A stretch of 64,000 nucleotides of DNA from a virus. Position 1 is the first letter of the stretch; each line of letters starts with the position of its first letter. Made by a program: the position numbers and the translations under genes. The DNA is taken from the IMG/VR virus record IMGVR_UViG_3300028008_000009, positions 38,439-102,438 of that record. One strand, 5' to 3'. Shown in pieces: positions 39,901-48,571 of this stretch. The notes under the pieces were generated by a model. The model saw only the letters and a program-made list of their open reading frames with translations. It made no database searches and was not told the DNA's origin.

Positions 39901-42900
39901 TATTAGTAAACGTAATTATTTCCAAGGACTAATTAAAGAAAGCGGCACACTAGGAAGCGTAGATAAAATTGATCGTAAATTTGCAATAAACAATTTAGAT
40001 GTTTCAGTTAACGAACAGTATATGCTGGCGAGAAGTTATTTCGGAAGTACCGATAGATTAGATAGTGTAGAATTTACATTAGACAATAATCAAAATCAAA
40101 ATAGCACACAGGCTATTAAGTTTTCTGATTATGCAATCGGCGAAACAACATATGACGATGTGTTATTATATAAACACAATGATAAAAGATTTGTTAACCC
40201 ATTTAAGAATAACAGTGTTGATAAATTTACAACAAAAGATATTACTCGCGTGGACAGTGTTAGCTTAACAGCAGGTTCTGTACTAGATGCTGAAACAAAA
40301 TACAAATCAGCAAACACACGTGGTATTGGTTCAGTGTACAATGCACTTGAGGACTATGCAACTATACCATCATGGATTAATACAAAAAGTTACAAGTTAG
40401 GCGATAGAGTTAGAAATCAAGGAAGACTACTTGAATGTGTAGTTGCAAGTACAACAATTACAAGAGGCGGCGATGCTGATATTAGCATACAAGGTGTTGC
40501 AGTTAATCCAGAATTTGATTACGGAACAATTGCTACAATAGATGGTGTAGCAACACAGTTTACTGATATTGTTAAACAGTATGCAACTATAGAGTTAACA
40601 GGCACTGAAAGCAATCCCACAGTTACACCAACGTCTAATGATACATTTTCAATTGACGGAGAAGCTATTTCGTTTAACAATCCAGTAGAAACACCAGTTG
40701 TTGATGGACCAGCAGTTGACGTAGGTGGCAACCCAGATCCAGAATTTAGCGATGTGACTGGCAAGAGTATTAGTATCAACGGTACGAACATTAACTTTGA
40801 TACTACACCAAGTGATGTAATAGAAACTTTTGCAGGCGAAGACATTGGTGTTACACCAAGTGATGTAGTAGAAAATATTACAGGTATTGCAGCACAACAA
40901 ACATACACAATTATTCAATCATTAAGTGGATCAACATATAGTGTCAGTGGTGTTACGGTTGACGGAACAGCAAACACAGACTTTACAATAAGCGGTCAAG
41001 ACATTACATTTAATACTCCAACATTTGCAGGTAGCGAAGTTATTGCAGTTACAATGACACATGCTACAGTAGTAGACTTAAAAGATACATTTACAATTGC
41101 ACAAGATCTGTCAGGGTTATACTTTGTTAATACAGTTACAGTTGACGGTGTTGTAAAAACTAGCCCAACACATTATTCAGTAAGTGGACAAGACTTAATA
41201 TTTACAGCAGGCAACGAACCAACAGTTGGTCAAGCAATTGTTGTAACAATGGCGCACACTTCTGTGTCAATGACAACAGCAGAAATTGTTGCTAGAATAA
41301 ACAGCGAACTTTCTGCAGCAAGCATCAACATAACACCTGGTGTTACTGGCGCCGTATTTGCAGATTTAAGTCCAACAGCACAGCCGGTAGATTCAAGACT
41401 ACGTATAAGATATTGGTCACCCACTATTAGTGACGACTTGATTATAACAGGTGATGCTGATATTATGATAAACGATTTAGGATTCCCTACAGCAACAACA
41501 ACTAGTCCACCAGAACAAAGTTTAGACTTAATACAACAACCATTAAACTTAGCTGGTATTATAACTCAGATTAATTCAGTTGTGGGATTACCTCACATAA
41601 CTGCATCTGCATCTGGTACTTCATTAAAATTAACAAGTGATAGCGGCGGCAGTAGATCTACAATAGTAGTAGCTGGAAATATTGCAGCATCAATAATGGG
41701 TACAGCATTAACAAAGGATGCAGTGTTGGAAGATGTACAAGTTAAAACAACAATGATAAATGCAGTACAACAAATCAACAATGCGCTAACTGCCGCAAAC
41801 AAAACTGGTGTATCACTAACAACAACAGGTAGTGTTGTTAATATTATTTCAACAAATGCAACACTTGAACTATCAGCACAAGGAGATAGCTTCTTATCAC
41901 AAGCAGGTATATCTGAGTTTGGAACAGTTAACAGGATTACAGATGATACAATTAATAATTCAATCTTACCAGCAGAATGGACTGACATCAGTTACAAAGA
42001 CCCAGCATTGTTTAATATTTGGGTTGCTAACGATTCAGATTATACTGTTGAATCAGTAGATACAATTAAAACAAAATTCTTTGGATGGAATGTATTCCAA
42101 ATGCAAAATAATGGACTGTTTCCAACTACAGCAGCTGACTGTCCAATATGTGCAGGTACATCAACCACCGACGGCAATGATGCACAGATCACCACAAATG
42201 TTAGTCATAACTTAGCAGTAGGTGACTACATTATGTTAATGAACACAACAACTATTCCTAATATAGATGGTATACACAAAGTAACTAAAGTTGAAGGAAC
42301 TGATAGATTTTACATAGACGAGTACATTGACCGATGCGGTAGTGCTTCGAGTATCATGTTATTACGTTCTGTAAGATTTGATACAATTGCAGATAGAACA
42401 GCAGCACTTGAAACTACAAAATGGAATGTACCACCTGGATCAAATGTTTGGACAGACTACAATGCAAATGGAGAGCGTTCTGTAAATGTGTTTAGTTTAG
42501 ATTATCCAAATGATGGTGGAGCAGTATTAACTGGTGCAAGTTATACAGCGGGTTACTTAAATGCAAATGTTAATCAAAGTACACCTCCATACACATTGAA
42601 TTCAATACGTAGTGCTACAAAAGTAATTACAAATACAGACTTAGACAATATTACAATATATGACTATGAGAACAATACACCTATACTTGATTTAGAATTG
42701 TATGACCCGATGCGTGGAATTATTCCTGGCGTTGCAGATGCAGAGATTGATGTTAAGAGTGTACATGATGTAGCTATATATAATACATCTACAGAAGAAA
42801 CATACGAAGCAGATGAAGATAACGCTTGGGGCAACGAAGAAGTAGGCAGACGTTGGTGGGATACAGGCAGAGTAAGATTTTACGATTACGACCAAGGTGA

Positions 42901-45181
42901 TATCAATGACAAGGCAATCAATTGGGGTAGGCAGTTTATTGATAGTGAAATTGTAGTCTGGGAATGGACCAAAAGTACAGTAGCACCAGATGATTATGCA
43001 AAGGCAGTTGCTGGCAACAAAGTAATGTTTGGTGTACCAGCTAGTGGTACAGCATATGCTGAATTTGATGCAATTAAAAACCAAAACGAATATTATTATA
43101 CATTACAAACTGTTTGGAATAACAAAACAGCAACAAATGATAATGTATACTACTTCTGGGTACGCAACAAAGAAACTATTGGCAGTAAAGATAAAAATAT
43201 TATCACAAGTGAGGTTGAAAATATTATTGCAAACCCAAGTGCAAACGGCATATATTGGTTCTCAATAATTGACAATGATGCTATTATTTTATCGGACATT
43301 TGGGATTTTGTTAACAAAAAAGTTGTGGTACAATTAAACAAAAAGTTAATAAGTAACAATCATCAAAATTGGATACTGTTAAGCAAGGACTCAGATATTG
43401 TTCCTGATTATTGGTACACTGGTTTAGTAAACAATTTAGCTGCGCACGATAAAAACGAATTACGTATTCCAGATTTTAACAAACATCCATATGCAAGATA
43501 CGGTGATGACAGAGCTAATAGACAAGCATGGTTTGATGATGTACCTACTGCAAGAACAACCGCAGTTGACATTATTAATAGATTGTTAGTATCAGTTAAT
43601 GTTTATGATGATTGTAAAGATAAATTCCAATCTCAAATTAAAACATTAAAATTATTAGACCATACATGGGACTGGGCAGATTATATTACAGCAGATCATT
43701 CTTCAGAAAGCACATACATAACAGATGTTGAAACAGTTGAACAGCTTGAAGCACTTGATGTTTCTAATTATGAAACTGCAAAAATTGAAATCATAAACGA
43801 AGATGAAGTTGACAGATCAGAATTTTACACGTATACTGTTAGTGATGGATGGAAGTTAACTAAGAAGAAAAATGCTACAATCAAATTAAGCGAACTTCTT
43901 TTAGGTAAATCATACGCATGGGATATTGAAGCATGGGATACTACGCCGTGGTCAAATACTGCTATTGCAGATTGGTGGATTGGTATAATTGCAGTGTTAA
44001 GAGATACCGTGTTCGTTGGTAATCATCAAAGCAAATTTAATAAGTTTTTCTTTAGTATGATAGACTATACTATGGCAAGAAACTTACAGGTTGATTGGGC
44101 AATGAAAACATCTTACATACGTTTGAACATTAGCAGTGAACTAACACAACAAAAGAAATATAAGAAAGATAATGTTGCAGTCATAGAAGGTTATGTAAAT
44201 GAAGTTAAACCTTTCCATGTTAAGATAAGTGAAACAAATAGAAACTTTACTAACCTCGACAAAACTACACTGAATGTTACTGAACTAAGTCACAACAAAG
44301 TTATAACTATAAAACATGATAACAAAGGTTTAAACTTTGAAGGACTAGTTATAGATGCCAATGAAAGTCTAACCAAAGACATTGTATTAACAAACAAGGG
44401 TGTTGCTATTAAGAAATATACTATACTAGAAACAGATGCAATACTTGAAACACATGCTAACCAAGATGATGGCGAGTGGGATATTACAAGTGTCACAGAC
44501 GACACAGGCACTCTTGTAGTTGACGTTGATTATTATCAAATAGATCAAGTACTTATGTTTACTGTACCTCCAACTGGTGATATTACACTAAGTCTTAAGT
44601 ATCTCAAAGACATAATTATATCAGGAGGCGATGCAAGCGATACGCCTGGTACTATCAACGGCGGAATAGCAGACTACAGCGAATTAGAAAGATCAACAGA
44701 AGTACGTCTAAGACCACAAGAGGTTGTGTCAATAGTCGTGCAGACAAACAGAGCAGGATCAACAGACGATACAGAAACAAGAACATTTGCATATATCAAA
44801 GATGTGTTTAGTCGTGAACATGTATTTGCATTACAGGATGCTAAGAGCACAACACTTGCAAGCGATATAACATCTAACATTATATCAGTTGCAACAGCAA
44901 GTAATCTTGTAGGTGCAGAATATATATTAGTTAACGACGAAGTAATGCAAGTGACAGTTGATGGAAGTACAATACGTATTTTAAACAGAGCAGTCAACGG
45001 AACATTTGAACACAAACATTTATCAGGAAGTAGAATTACTGATATTACAGATGTTGCAGTATCATTTATGAATCCAGTCACTGACAGAAGATTTAATGAT
45101 GTAGGAACAACATTACTGGATAGTACAACAACTGACGAAGCAGTGTTGTTAAACAGTTTAGGAAAAGGCGTAGTGCTATAA
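33959..45181 (+). CDS. Giant baseplate wedge/virion structural protein (gp7-like position), 3740 aa
   Basis: Follows gp6. Has N-terminal NLLPQVF and late EVKPFH motifs, plus internal CBM5/12-like, Ig-like and FCCH-like (SHNLAVGD) modules. Confidence 0.75.
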   Translation: MAKKKAGSYNTPITKASNLLPQVFNTDVNKKWLDSTLDQMISKGSLKNVEGYIGDTSGKNRNVGDTYTSEQKLSPTVTVKDENKNLVDAITPDDIANSVNINFSEYNYSSANANKKYSYRPPINVNKFINYTNYAWVDQMPTYESVRTLNAATVDAANPSIPTGSDLPGGPSDGDYFALDTGGTVRTYRYSISINKWQPSKTTNAIYSKNGNNEGYTTSINPVELSANQLRYIVEDNNNTFALADQMLIRFVGDGWDPSSKIGTYLVTGTGNGIKLVPWYNWAYGTQIYPMTTKTTITVGGIWDESTVTIVSPNTNSSMWNNNLTHFGTMMTAYNEDANRLPIFDGFVFNNAESNPTQFMEDKLIVFGPEWVTANENPALDPLEYYKVYYTSRNSTTGDVSVNVFIDAMQENNAIKQYIATGVSEKVWEKYKDQLIGFDELTWDKSTAIVSAKDYIVSTTDSPFRTAWSRNNKWTDISTLKKVNELVHDGIDLKTLIESKNIAKRPIIEFDGKLNLWDWASYSPELGNNQWLGVADFMVKPTGDYALETVNGVLRFATPDKVEINPTDKTRIIFTESEHQNKVWKITLNGTHKQLTSVTDLQINHVMYVRNASPDTQDRLWTNSDVWFDGAKWKIGQQRIDNNQMPLFRLYTADGVALETLDGVVFNGSRVFNYKLGSGHVDKELNHSLSYKDVNGRAEYQFENYLFTEDYFQNVRSDANRDITHRRKIPGQYFFKHNNKLSTLYKQSEDIAGAETLLTTDVTSVKTDLEIAVGWNAWRTNRIVQLHQAGKECVLTELQNGVYLDKTNINHNNIYVGKSIQVEFDNLLENSNIKFKTVSGTEININNYDPNQTGYTHNVSGIEMWRDINYNIVLNVTTYNDKIIIEPDDLTLTNNYTIIPLDDYDEIDHTVEINGVHLSANQYTISADTITIPKELIKVNDIVDVRYTNNDNDNRATNISIPNTLKHNATNELIKDFTHSETIGHWQSIINSTPGFEGNIYSTNNYEAINTHTVFGGNLFIYKDLSLVHDALYASNQIDLTNVLISTGEEWDNFKSRFSSQVSRLYASKPYTSVRALVDEALKSITVIRKGGDLYSTSNMVYFEKTKAQKLVIEHTLSFPTLKLKNNIHSDTNIQDHAYVYITELINTKLSTRLAVKDIDYYQIGNTVTFTYQPVGTATDSPYIEVYYHQMDGQSNVPPSLTKLRLAPAHVPTFVSGTLIGHDCAIKKGRVDSVVNDMNSDKFDVVLSALFELEKRVYAGLVKGDNINSDNENINYGFTSMFIPNKSRKTWYTLDVVNNALYRHFKKWKAKYIGENITPAGYDANDPKTWNWSNSAVGGHFKTNKLPGHWTGAYEVLFGTQTPHLTPWHMLGHAFKPTWWDSKYSWVDPTKRAALIKALKHGSISETRQDTEWANYMWDWDNYCPVKTDGSPENIDNVLGSVSEFDAAQEFVFGDWAGLEGVWRNTSAGKAALIDVLLKLNPTKAFGKFYAPGTARLEKHLDFLDRDGNINTLSSNLIPAKIYKRVISDITIETIDQFARGTFIRLAGPQGGVDAIVTPNFVGSSNMSYIDGVSLSSRGRNLTNTPALYTNFTQKQIDTSTVTYETKEVQHVSSGIAQALYNFVTQNNINYSIDNLHNRIDTHFGTRLNGFSSKHLLDFKTDTFDTTNHTLSENDFELAMYESTPINIAIASSITIEKTNQGWQITGAGYGKQEFAFFEPNYTNSTSYTNVQIGTHEVKQYKNFAPIHSVIDYETTLKKIQDTYSFIRGYYVYLESIGFTFPYSGDSVAVSFVKWALSSNYGDTKTFDLGTNLKFAPTHGNVLELNTSIYKENTIATLDSTSIDTSNLFIDRVDNILSLETIDNTIIGSVGFVVVEHDHIALLNDKTTFGVVVHDDVKDISQDRVSFRGLITSNWTGHKRAPGYLVFDNKIVENFDSSVQSIDDYYRTDSIDFNPAITKLEDITIGNSNKNLAIYGKEFDAISKRNYFQGLIKESGTLGSVDKIDRKFAINNLDVSVNEQYMLARSYFGSTDRLDSVEFTLDNNQNQNSTQAIKFSDYAIGETTYDDVLLYKHNDKRFVNPFKNNSVDKFTTKDITRVDSVSLTAGSVLDAETKYKSANTRGIGSVYNALEDYATIPSWINTKSYKLGDRVRNQGRLLECVVASTTITRGGDADISIQGVAVNPEFDYGTIATIDGVATQFTDIVKQYATIELTGTESNPTVTPTSNDTFSIDGEAISFNNPVETPVVDGPAVDVGGNPDPEFSDVTGKSISINGTNINFDTTPSDVIETFAGEDIGVTPSDVVENITGIAAQQTYTIIQSLSGSTYSVSGVTVDGTANTDFTISGQDITFNTPTFAGSEVIAVTMTHATVVDLKDTFTIAQDLSGLYFVNTVTVDGVVKTSPTHYSVSGQDLIFTAGNEPTVGQAIVVTMAHTSVSMTTAEIVARINSELSAASINITPGVTGAVFADLSPTAQPVDSRLRIRYWSPTISDDLIITGDADIMINDLGFPTATTTSPPEQSLDLIQQPLNLAGIITQINSVVGLPHITASASGTSLKLTSDSGGSRSTIVVAGNIAASIMGTALTKDAVLEDVQVKTTMINAVQQINNALTAANKTGVSLTTTGSVVNIISTNATLELSAQGDSFLSQAGISEFGTVNRITDDTINNSILPAEWTDISYKDPALFNIWVANDSDYTVESVDTIKTKFFGWNVFQMQNNGLFPTTAADCPICAGTSTTDGNDAQITTNVSHNLAVGDYIMLMNTTTIPNIDGIHKVTKVEGTDRFYIDEYIDRCGSASSIMLLRSVRFDTIADRTAALETTKWNVPPGSNVWTDYNANGERSVNVFSLDYPNDGGAVLTGASYTAGYLNANVNQSTPPYTLNSIRSATKVITNTDLDNITIYDYENNTPILDLELYDPMRGIIPGVADAEIDVKSVHDVAIYNTSTEETYEADEDNAWGNEEVGRRWWDTGRVRFYDYDQGDINDKAINWGRQFIDSEIVVWEWTKSTVAPDDYAKAVAGNKVMFGVPASGTAYAEFDAIKNQNEYYYTLQTVWNNKTATNDNVYYFWVRNKETIGSKDKNIITSEVENIIANPSANGIYWFSIIDNDAIILSDIWDFVNKKVVVQLNKKLISNNHQNWILLSKDSDIVPDYWYTGLVNNLAAHDKNELRIPDFNKHPYARYGDDRANRQAWFDDVPTARTTAVDIINRLLVSVNVYDDCKDKFQSQIKTLKLLDHTWDWADYITADHSSESTYITDVETVEQLEALDVSNYETAKIEIINEDEVDRSEFYTYTVSDGWKLTKKKNATIKLSELLLGKSYAWDIEAWDTTPWSNTAIADWWIGIIAVLRDTVFVGNHQSKFNKFFFSMIDYTMARNLQVDWAMKTSYIRLNISSELTQQKKYKKDNVAVIEGYVNEVKPFHVKISETNRNFTNLDKTTLNVTELSHNKVITIKHDNKGLNFEGLVIDANESLTKDIVLTNKGVAIKKYTILETDAILETHANQDDGEWDITSVTDDTGTLVVDVDYYQIDQVLMFTVPPTGDITLSLKYLKDIIISGGDASDTPGTINGGIADYSELERSTEVRLRPQEVVSIVVQTNRAGSTDDTETRTFAYIKDVFSREHVFALQDAKSTTLASDITSNIISVATASNLVGAEYILVNDEVMQVTVDGSTIRILNRAVNGTFEHKHLSGSRITDITDVAVSFMNPVTDRRFNDVGTTLLDSTTTDEAVLLNSLGKGVVL

Positions 45182-45198
45182 TGCAAGATCACTAAAGG

Positions 45199-45206
45199 CA
45201 TAAATA
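45199..45206 (+). promoter_or_regulatory. Late promoter (CATAAATA)
   Basis: Intergenic, upstream of SD AAGGAG and the ATG at 45231. Confidence 0.7.
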
Positions 45207-45230
45207 GTATACAAGGAGTAGGCAGAAGCA

Positions 45231-45830
45231 ATGAATAATAATTTTAACGAGCAAACAAACATTTCAGTAGATGGACATGTCTTGATTAAGGACGTGGACA
45301 CGAATGAAGTATTGTTAGACAAACATAATGCTATTAACTTCCAGAACTTTGCTTTTGCAGTTGCAAATTGCCTAGCAAACAAAACGGAAAGTAGTGAAAA
45401 CTTTTACATAACCAAAATGGCGTTTGGCTATGGCGGTACAGAGATTGACGGTAATGGAAATATTACATATAAAAGTCCTAATGTAGATGGCAGTAATGCA
45501 TCTCTATATAATGATTTATTAGACGGCAACAATAACCCCTACTACAAACAAGTTTCAAACATAGAAGTGTTGAATGCAGAAGGAAGTCCATATACAGATA
45601 TATCTGTAACGGTTGTACTTGATTATGATGATCCAGGAACAAATGACGAGCAATTAGCTTTAGACAATGCATCAACCTTTGATACAAATACAGACTGGGT
45701 TATAGATGAACTTGCACTAGTTACCGAATCAGGTTACAAGTTAACACACCTAATATTTCATCCTATACAGAAGTCAAAGAATCGTAAAATAGAAATTCTG
45801 TATTCAATTAGAATCAGAGCAGGAGTATAA
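45231..45830 (+). CDS. Virion structural (baseplate/tail-fibre attachment) protein
   Basis: GHVLIKD...KHNAI, MAFGYGG, IDELAL and LTHLIFHPIQKS. Confidence 0.65.
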   Translation: MNNNFNEQTNISVDGHVLIKDVDTNEVLLDKHNAINFQNFAFAVANCLANKTESSENFYITKMAFGYGGTEIDGNGNITYKSPNVDGSNASLYNDLLDGNNNPYYKQVSNIEVLNAEGSPYTDISVTVVLDYDDPGTNDEQLALDNASTFDTNTDWVIDELALVTESGYKLTHLIFHPIQKSKNRKIEILYSIRIRAGV

Positions 45831-45833
45831 AAA

Positions 45834-46748
45834 ATGTCGTATACAGTAAATTTAAATAATAAAACATTAACCGTAGAGTACGGAACACTTAATACTGAAA
45901 CTAGTTTAGAACTAGTAGGTAAAGATTACTTTGGGTACGGAGAAGCAATTGCACAAAACTTTGCAACATTGTTAGAGAACTCAGCAGTAAAAGATGACGC
46001 AACAGGTCCTGAAAATCCAGTTGCAGGTCAGCTATGGTATAAAAAAACAGCAGGCAGATTAGAAGTATACGATGGAACTAACTGGTCAGGTACTGACATT
46101 GCAGACAAAGTAGTAAAAGATACGGTTGGCCATAGTCATAACGTTCACATCATTGAAGCTACAGGCAAGTTTACAAATGGAGTTGCTGGAACAAATAAAC
46201 CTATTGCTGCATTTGCTAAAGAGTCATTTGATTTAAGTACAACTGATGCAGGCACGGCAGCATTTCTTACACATTTTCCAGCAGATAGAATAGAAGTAGG
46301 CTTAACAATGGCAACCGGTATGATAATGCATGGTACAGCCACTACAGCACAATATGCCGACCTTGCAGAATTATACACAAGTGATGAAGCATATGAGCCA
46401 GGCACAGTTGTTAAAATTGGCGGCGAGCATGAAGTAACACAAACAACAATTGAATATTGCCCAGAAGTATTTGGTATTGTATCCACAAACCCAGCATACT
46501 TAATGAACAGTGCTGCAACAGGTATTACTGTTCCAGTAGCATTAGAGGGTAGAGTTCCTTGTAAAGTTATAGGCGAAGTTCGAAAAGGGCAAAGACTAAT
46601 AGCAAGTAACGAACCAGGCATTGCACGTGCATTGTCTACATACGAAAAAGAAATAGGTATGGATTGGTTCCGTGTAGTTGGTCGTGCAATAGAAAGCAAA
46701 GACACATTAGGCGTTGGATTAGTTGAAGTAGTAGTTGGAGTAAAGTAA
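45834..46748 (+). CDS. Tail fibre-like protein with C-terminal intramolecular chaperone (peptidase G2/IMC-like) domain
   Basis: LVGKDYFGYGE..QNF..LLEN and GQLWY, followed by YADLAELY...YEPGTVV, GIVSTNPAYLMN and VALEGRVPCKV. Confidence 0.75.
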   Translation: MSYTVNLNNKTLTVEYGTLNTETSLELVGKDYFGYGEAIAQNFATLLENSAVKDDATGPENPVAGQLWYKKTAGRLEVYDGTNWSGTDIADKVVKDTVGHSHNVHIIEATGKFTNGVAGTNKPIAAFAKESFDLSTTDAGTAAFLTHFPADRIEVGLTMATGMIMHGTATTAQYADLAELYTSDEAYEPGTVVKIGGEHEVTQTTIEYCPEVFGIVSTNPAYLMNSAATGITVPVALEGRVPCKVIGEVRKGQRLIASNEPGIARALSTYEKEIGMDWFRVVGRAIESKDTLGVGLVEVVVGVK

Positions 46749-48152
46749 ATGCCAACTATCCCTATCAACTCGGGTGAGAATATTACTGCCGCACAGTTCA
46801 ACGAACTGGTCAGTGATTATAATACATTTTGGCAGGGCAATGTCTACACTTATACTGATAGTATAGTAACCGAAACTTACAACGACGGCAACGGTGCCGC
46901 TGGTCAAACATACACTATTCAACAGCTACTTGGCGCACCTGCTGGTTGGTTTATAAAAAAAGTAATGTTACTAAAAGCTAACGGCTTTCTAAAAGAGCTT
47001 CAAACACAACACAATGAGTATCAAACAAATGGTCAAGTTATTACATTTACCGATCCATATGGAGATATTCCATCATCCGGCGATGTAGTTACAATTACTA
47101 TAGCAAACAATCACACCACAGAAGTAGCTAGAAGAAAAGGTTGGGGACAACCAGCAGTTATACCAACTGTAGCGCAAACCACAATAATTACAGCAGAACA
47201 CACAAACTACTTGCTTGCACAGATTAATGCAGGACTATGGCACATCGAAGAAAATCTTTCTAATATGCAAACTAAACGTGGAGCTTCAACTTCGGTATTA
47301 GCAAGTATATACGAAGCATTAGAAAATTTATACGACAATGTTATTGAACCAAAGAAATTTAATATAGACCCTTCATCGAAGAGTGTCAACAATGCTTTGC
47401 TTACTACAGGAAACAGTAGCACACCTTGGCAATCAGATTTATACAGTGTACATAAATTTGTATTCACAAGTTATAATGAAGCAAGACATTTCTTTAACAG
47501 TGGTGGAGAATTAATTGTTGACATGTCATCTACTTCCGGTGGCACAAACGCACCATCAGTTACGTGGAACTCATTCTTTGATAACCTAGGTATTATTCGA
47601 ATAGGTGCAGAAACTACAACCAATGACGGTGATAACGCAAACGATGTACCTTATACTAGTGTAGGTGGTGCAAAAGGTTTTTATAGTATGAGCGGAGCTG
47701 ACAACGGAGACAATCCTACAAATGATGATTGGCAAACAATATATAATATTGCTGCTGACAATGACAACGGCTCTGGTGCATACGGTGGTGAATATGGTGA
47801 ATATGGTTCTGGTTATTCTACTCCAGGCGGCATATATTCACAGCGAAGATTTATAATGGATATAAGAGGAACCATTAACACTACCACAAACAATTTTGAA
47901 GTGCATTTAAAAGTAAAACTTATAGAAGATGACGACGATGGTGCTATGTTTGTTAATGCTAATATCGTTGGCGAGTTTGGATATGCACAACCACTGGAAA
48001 CTCCAATAGCATCTGAATCATCAACTCATCAATTCTTCTCACCAGTAGCTGGTGTAGACTACGTATTCCTAGAGCGTGCCGCGCCAACTATATCAATGGT
48101 AGAGACGTGGACGGCTGTTAACTACCTAGGCGTTACAATTACCGGCGTCTAA
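46749..48152 (+). CDS. Virion structural protein (tail-associated)
   Basis: GENITAAQFN, GWGQ and EARHFFNSGGEL motifs, with an inserted Ig-like module. Confidence 0.65.
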   Translation: MPTIPINSGENITAAQFNELVSDYNTFWQGNVYTYTDSIVTETYNDGNGAAGQTYTIQQLLGAPAGWFIKKVMLLKANGFLKELQTQHNEYQTNGQVITFTDPYGDIPSSGDVVTITIANNHTTEVARRKGWGQPAVIPTVAQTTIITAEHTNYLLAQINAGLWHIEENLSNMQTKRGASTSVLASIYEALENLYDNVIEPKKFNIDPSSKSVNNALLTTGNSSTPWQSDLYSVHKFVFTSYNEARHFFNSGGELIVDMSSTSGGTNAPSVTWNSFFDNLGIIRIGAETTTNDGDNANDVPYTSVGGAKGFYSMSGADNGDNPTNDDWQTIYNIAADNDNGSGAYGGEYGEYGSGYSTPGGIYSQRRFIMDIRGTINTTTNNFEVHLKVKLIEDDDDGAMFVNANIVGEFGYAQPLETPIASESSTHQFFSPVAGVDYVFLERAAPTISMVETWTAVNYLGVTITGV

Positions 48153-48158
48153 GTCGAT

Positions 48159-48196
48159 AATAAATACTTGACAAAACCCCACAATTAGCGTATTAT
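48159..48196 (+). promoter_or_regulatory. Tandem late (AATAAATA) and sigma70 (TTGACA-17-TATTAT) promoters
   Basis: Late core at 48159-48166, -35 at 48168-48173, -10 at 48191-48196, then SD AGGAG before 48221. Confidence 0.7.
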
Positions 48197-48220
48197 AGTA
48201 TATAAACTAGGAGAACTTCT

Positions 48221-48571
48221 ATGGACGAACGTCTGGAGAAAGCGTTAGAGTTTAGCAATTACACTCTGACACTTAACAATCAAAAACGAAATATTAAAAA
48301 TAGAGTAGCACAGTTACAATTGGTGCATCACCAAGCAGGTGTATTCATTGCAGACCAAGAAACAATTGCATTTGTAAAGACATTAATTGATCTAGAGAAA
48401 ACCAAAAACACAGTTCTAATTGATTCAAAAGATAACCCTGTCCGTGTTAGTGACTTAAAAGAATTACTAGAAAAACTAGTAGATCAGTATATCAGTGCTA
48501 CACAAGAATATGATGTTGAATATCAGAAACTGAGAAAGTCAAGAAGTATCAAAACAATAATGGATTGGTAA
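48221..48571 (+). CDS. Hypothetical helical protein, first gene of the modification operon
   Basis: 116 aa (MDERLEKALEFSNY...) with a strong SD. Confidence 0.7.
   Translation: MDERLEKALEFSNYTLTLNNQKRNIKNRVAQLQLVHHQAGVFIADQETIAFVKTLIDLEKTKNTVLIDSKDNPVRVSDLKELLEKLVDQYISATQEYDVEYQKLRKSRSIKTIMDW

Noticed and set aside
33959-48152. Diversity-generating retroelement acting on tail proteins
   Set aside because: No reverse transcriptase and no template/variable repeat pair with adenine-specific mismatches was seen by eye.
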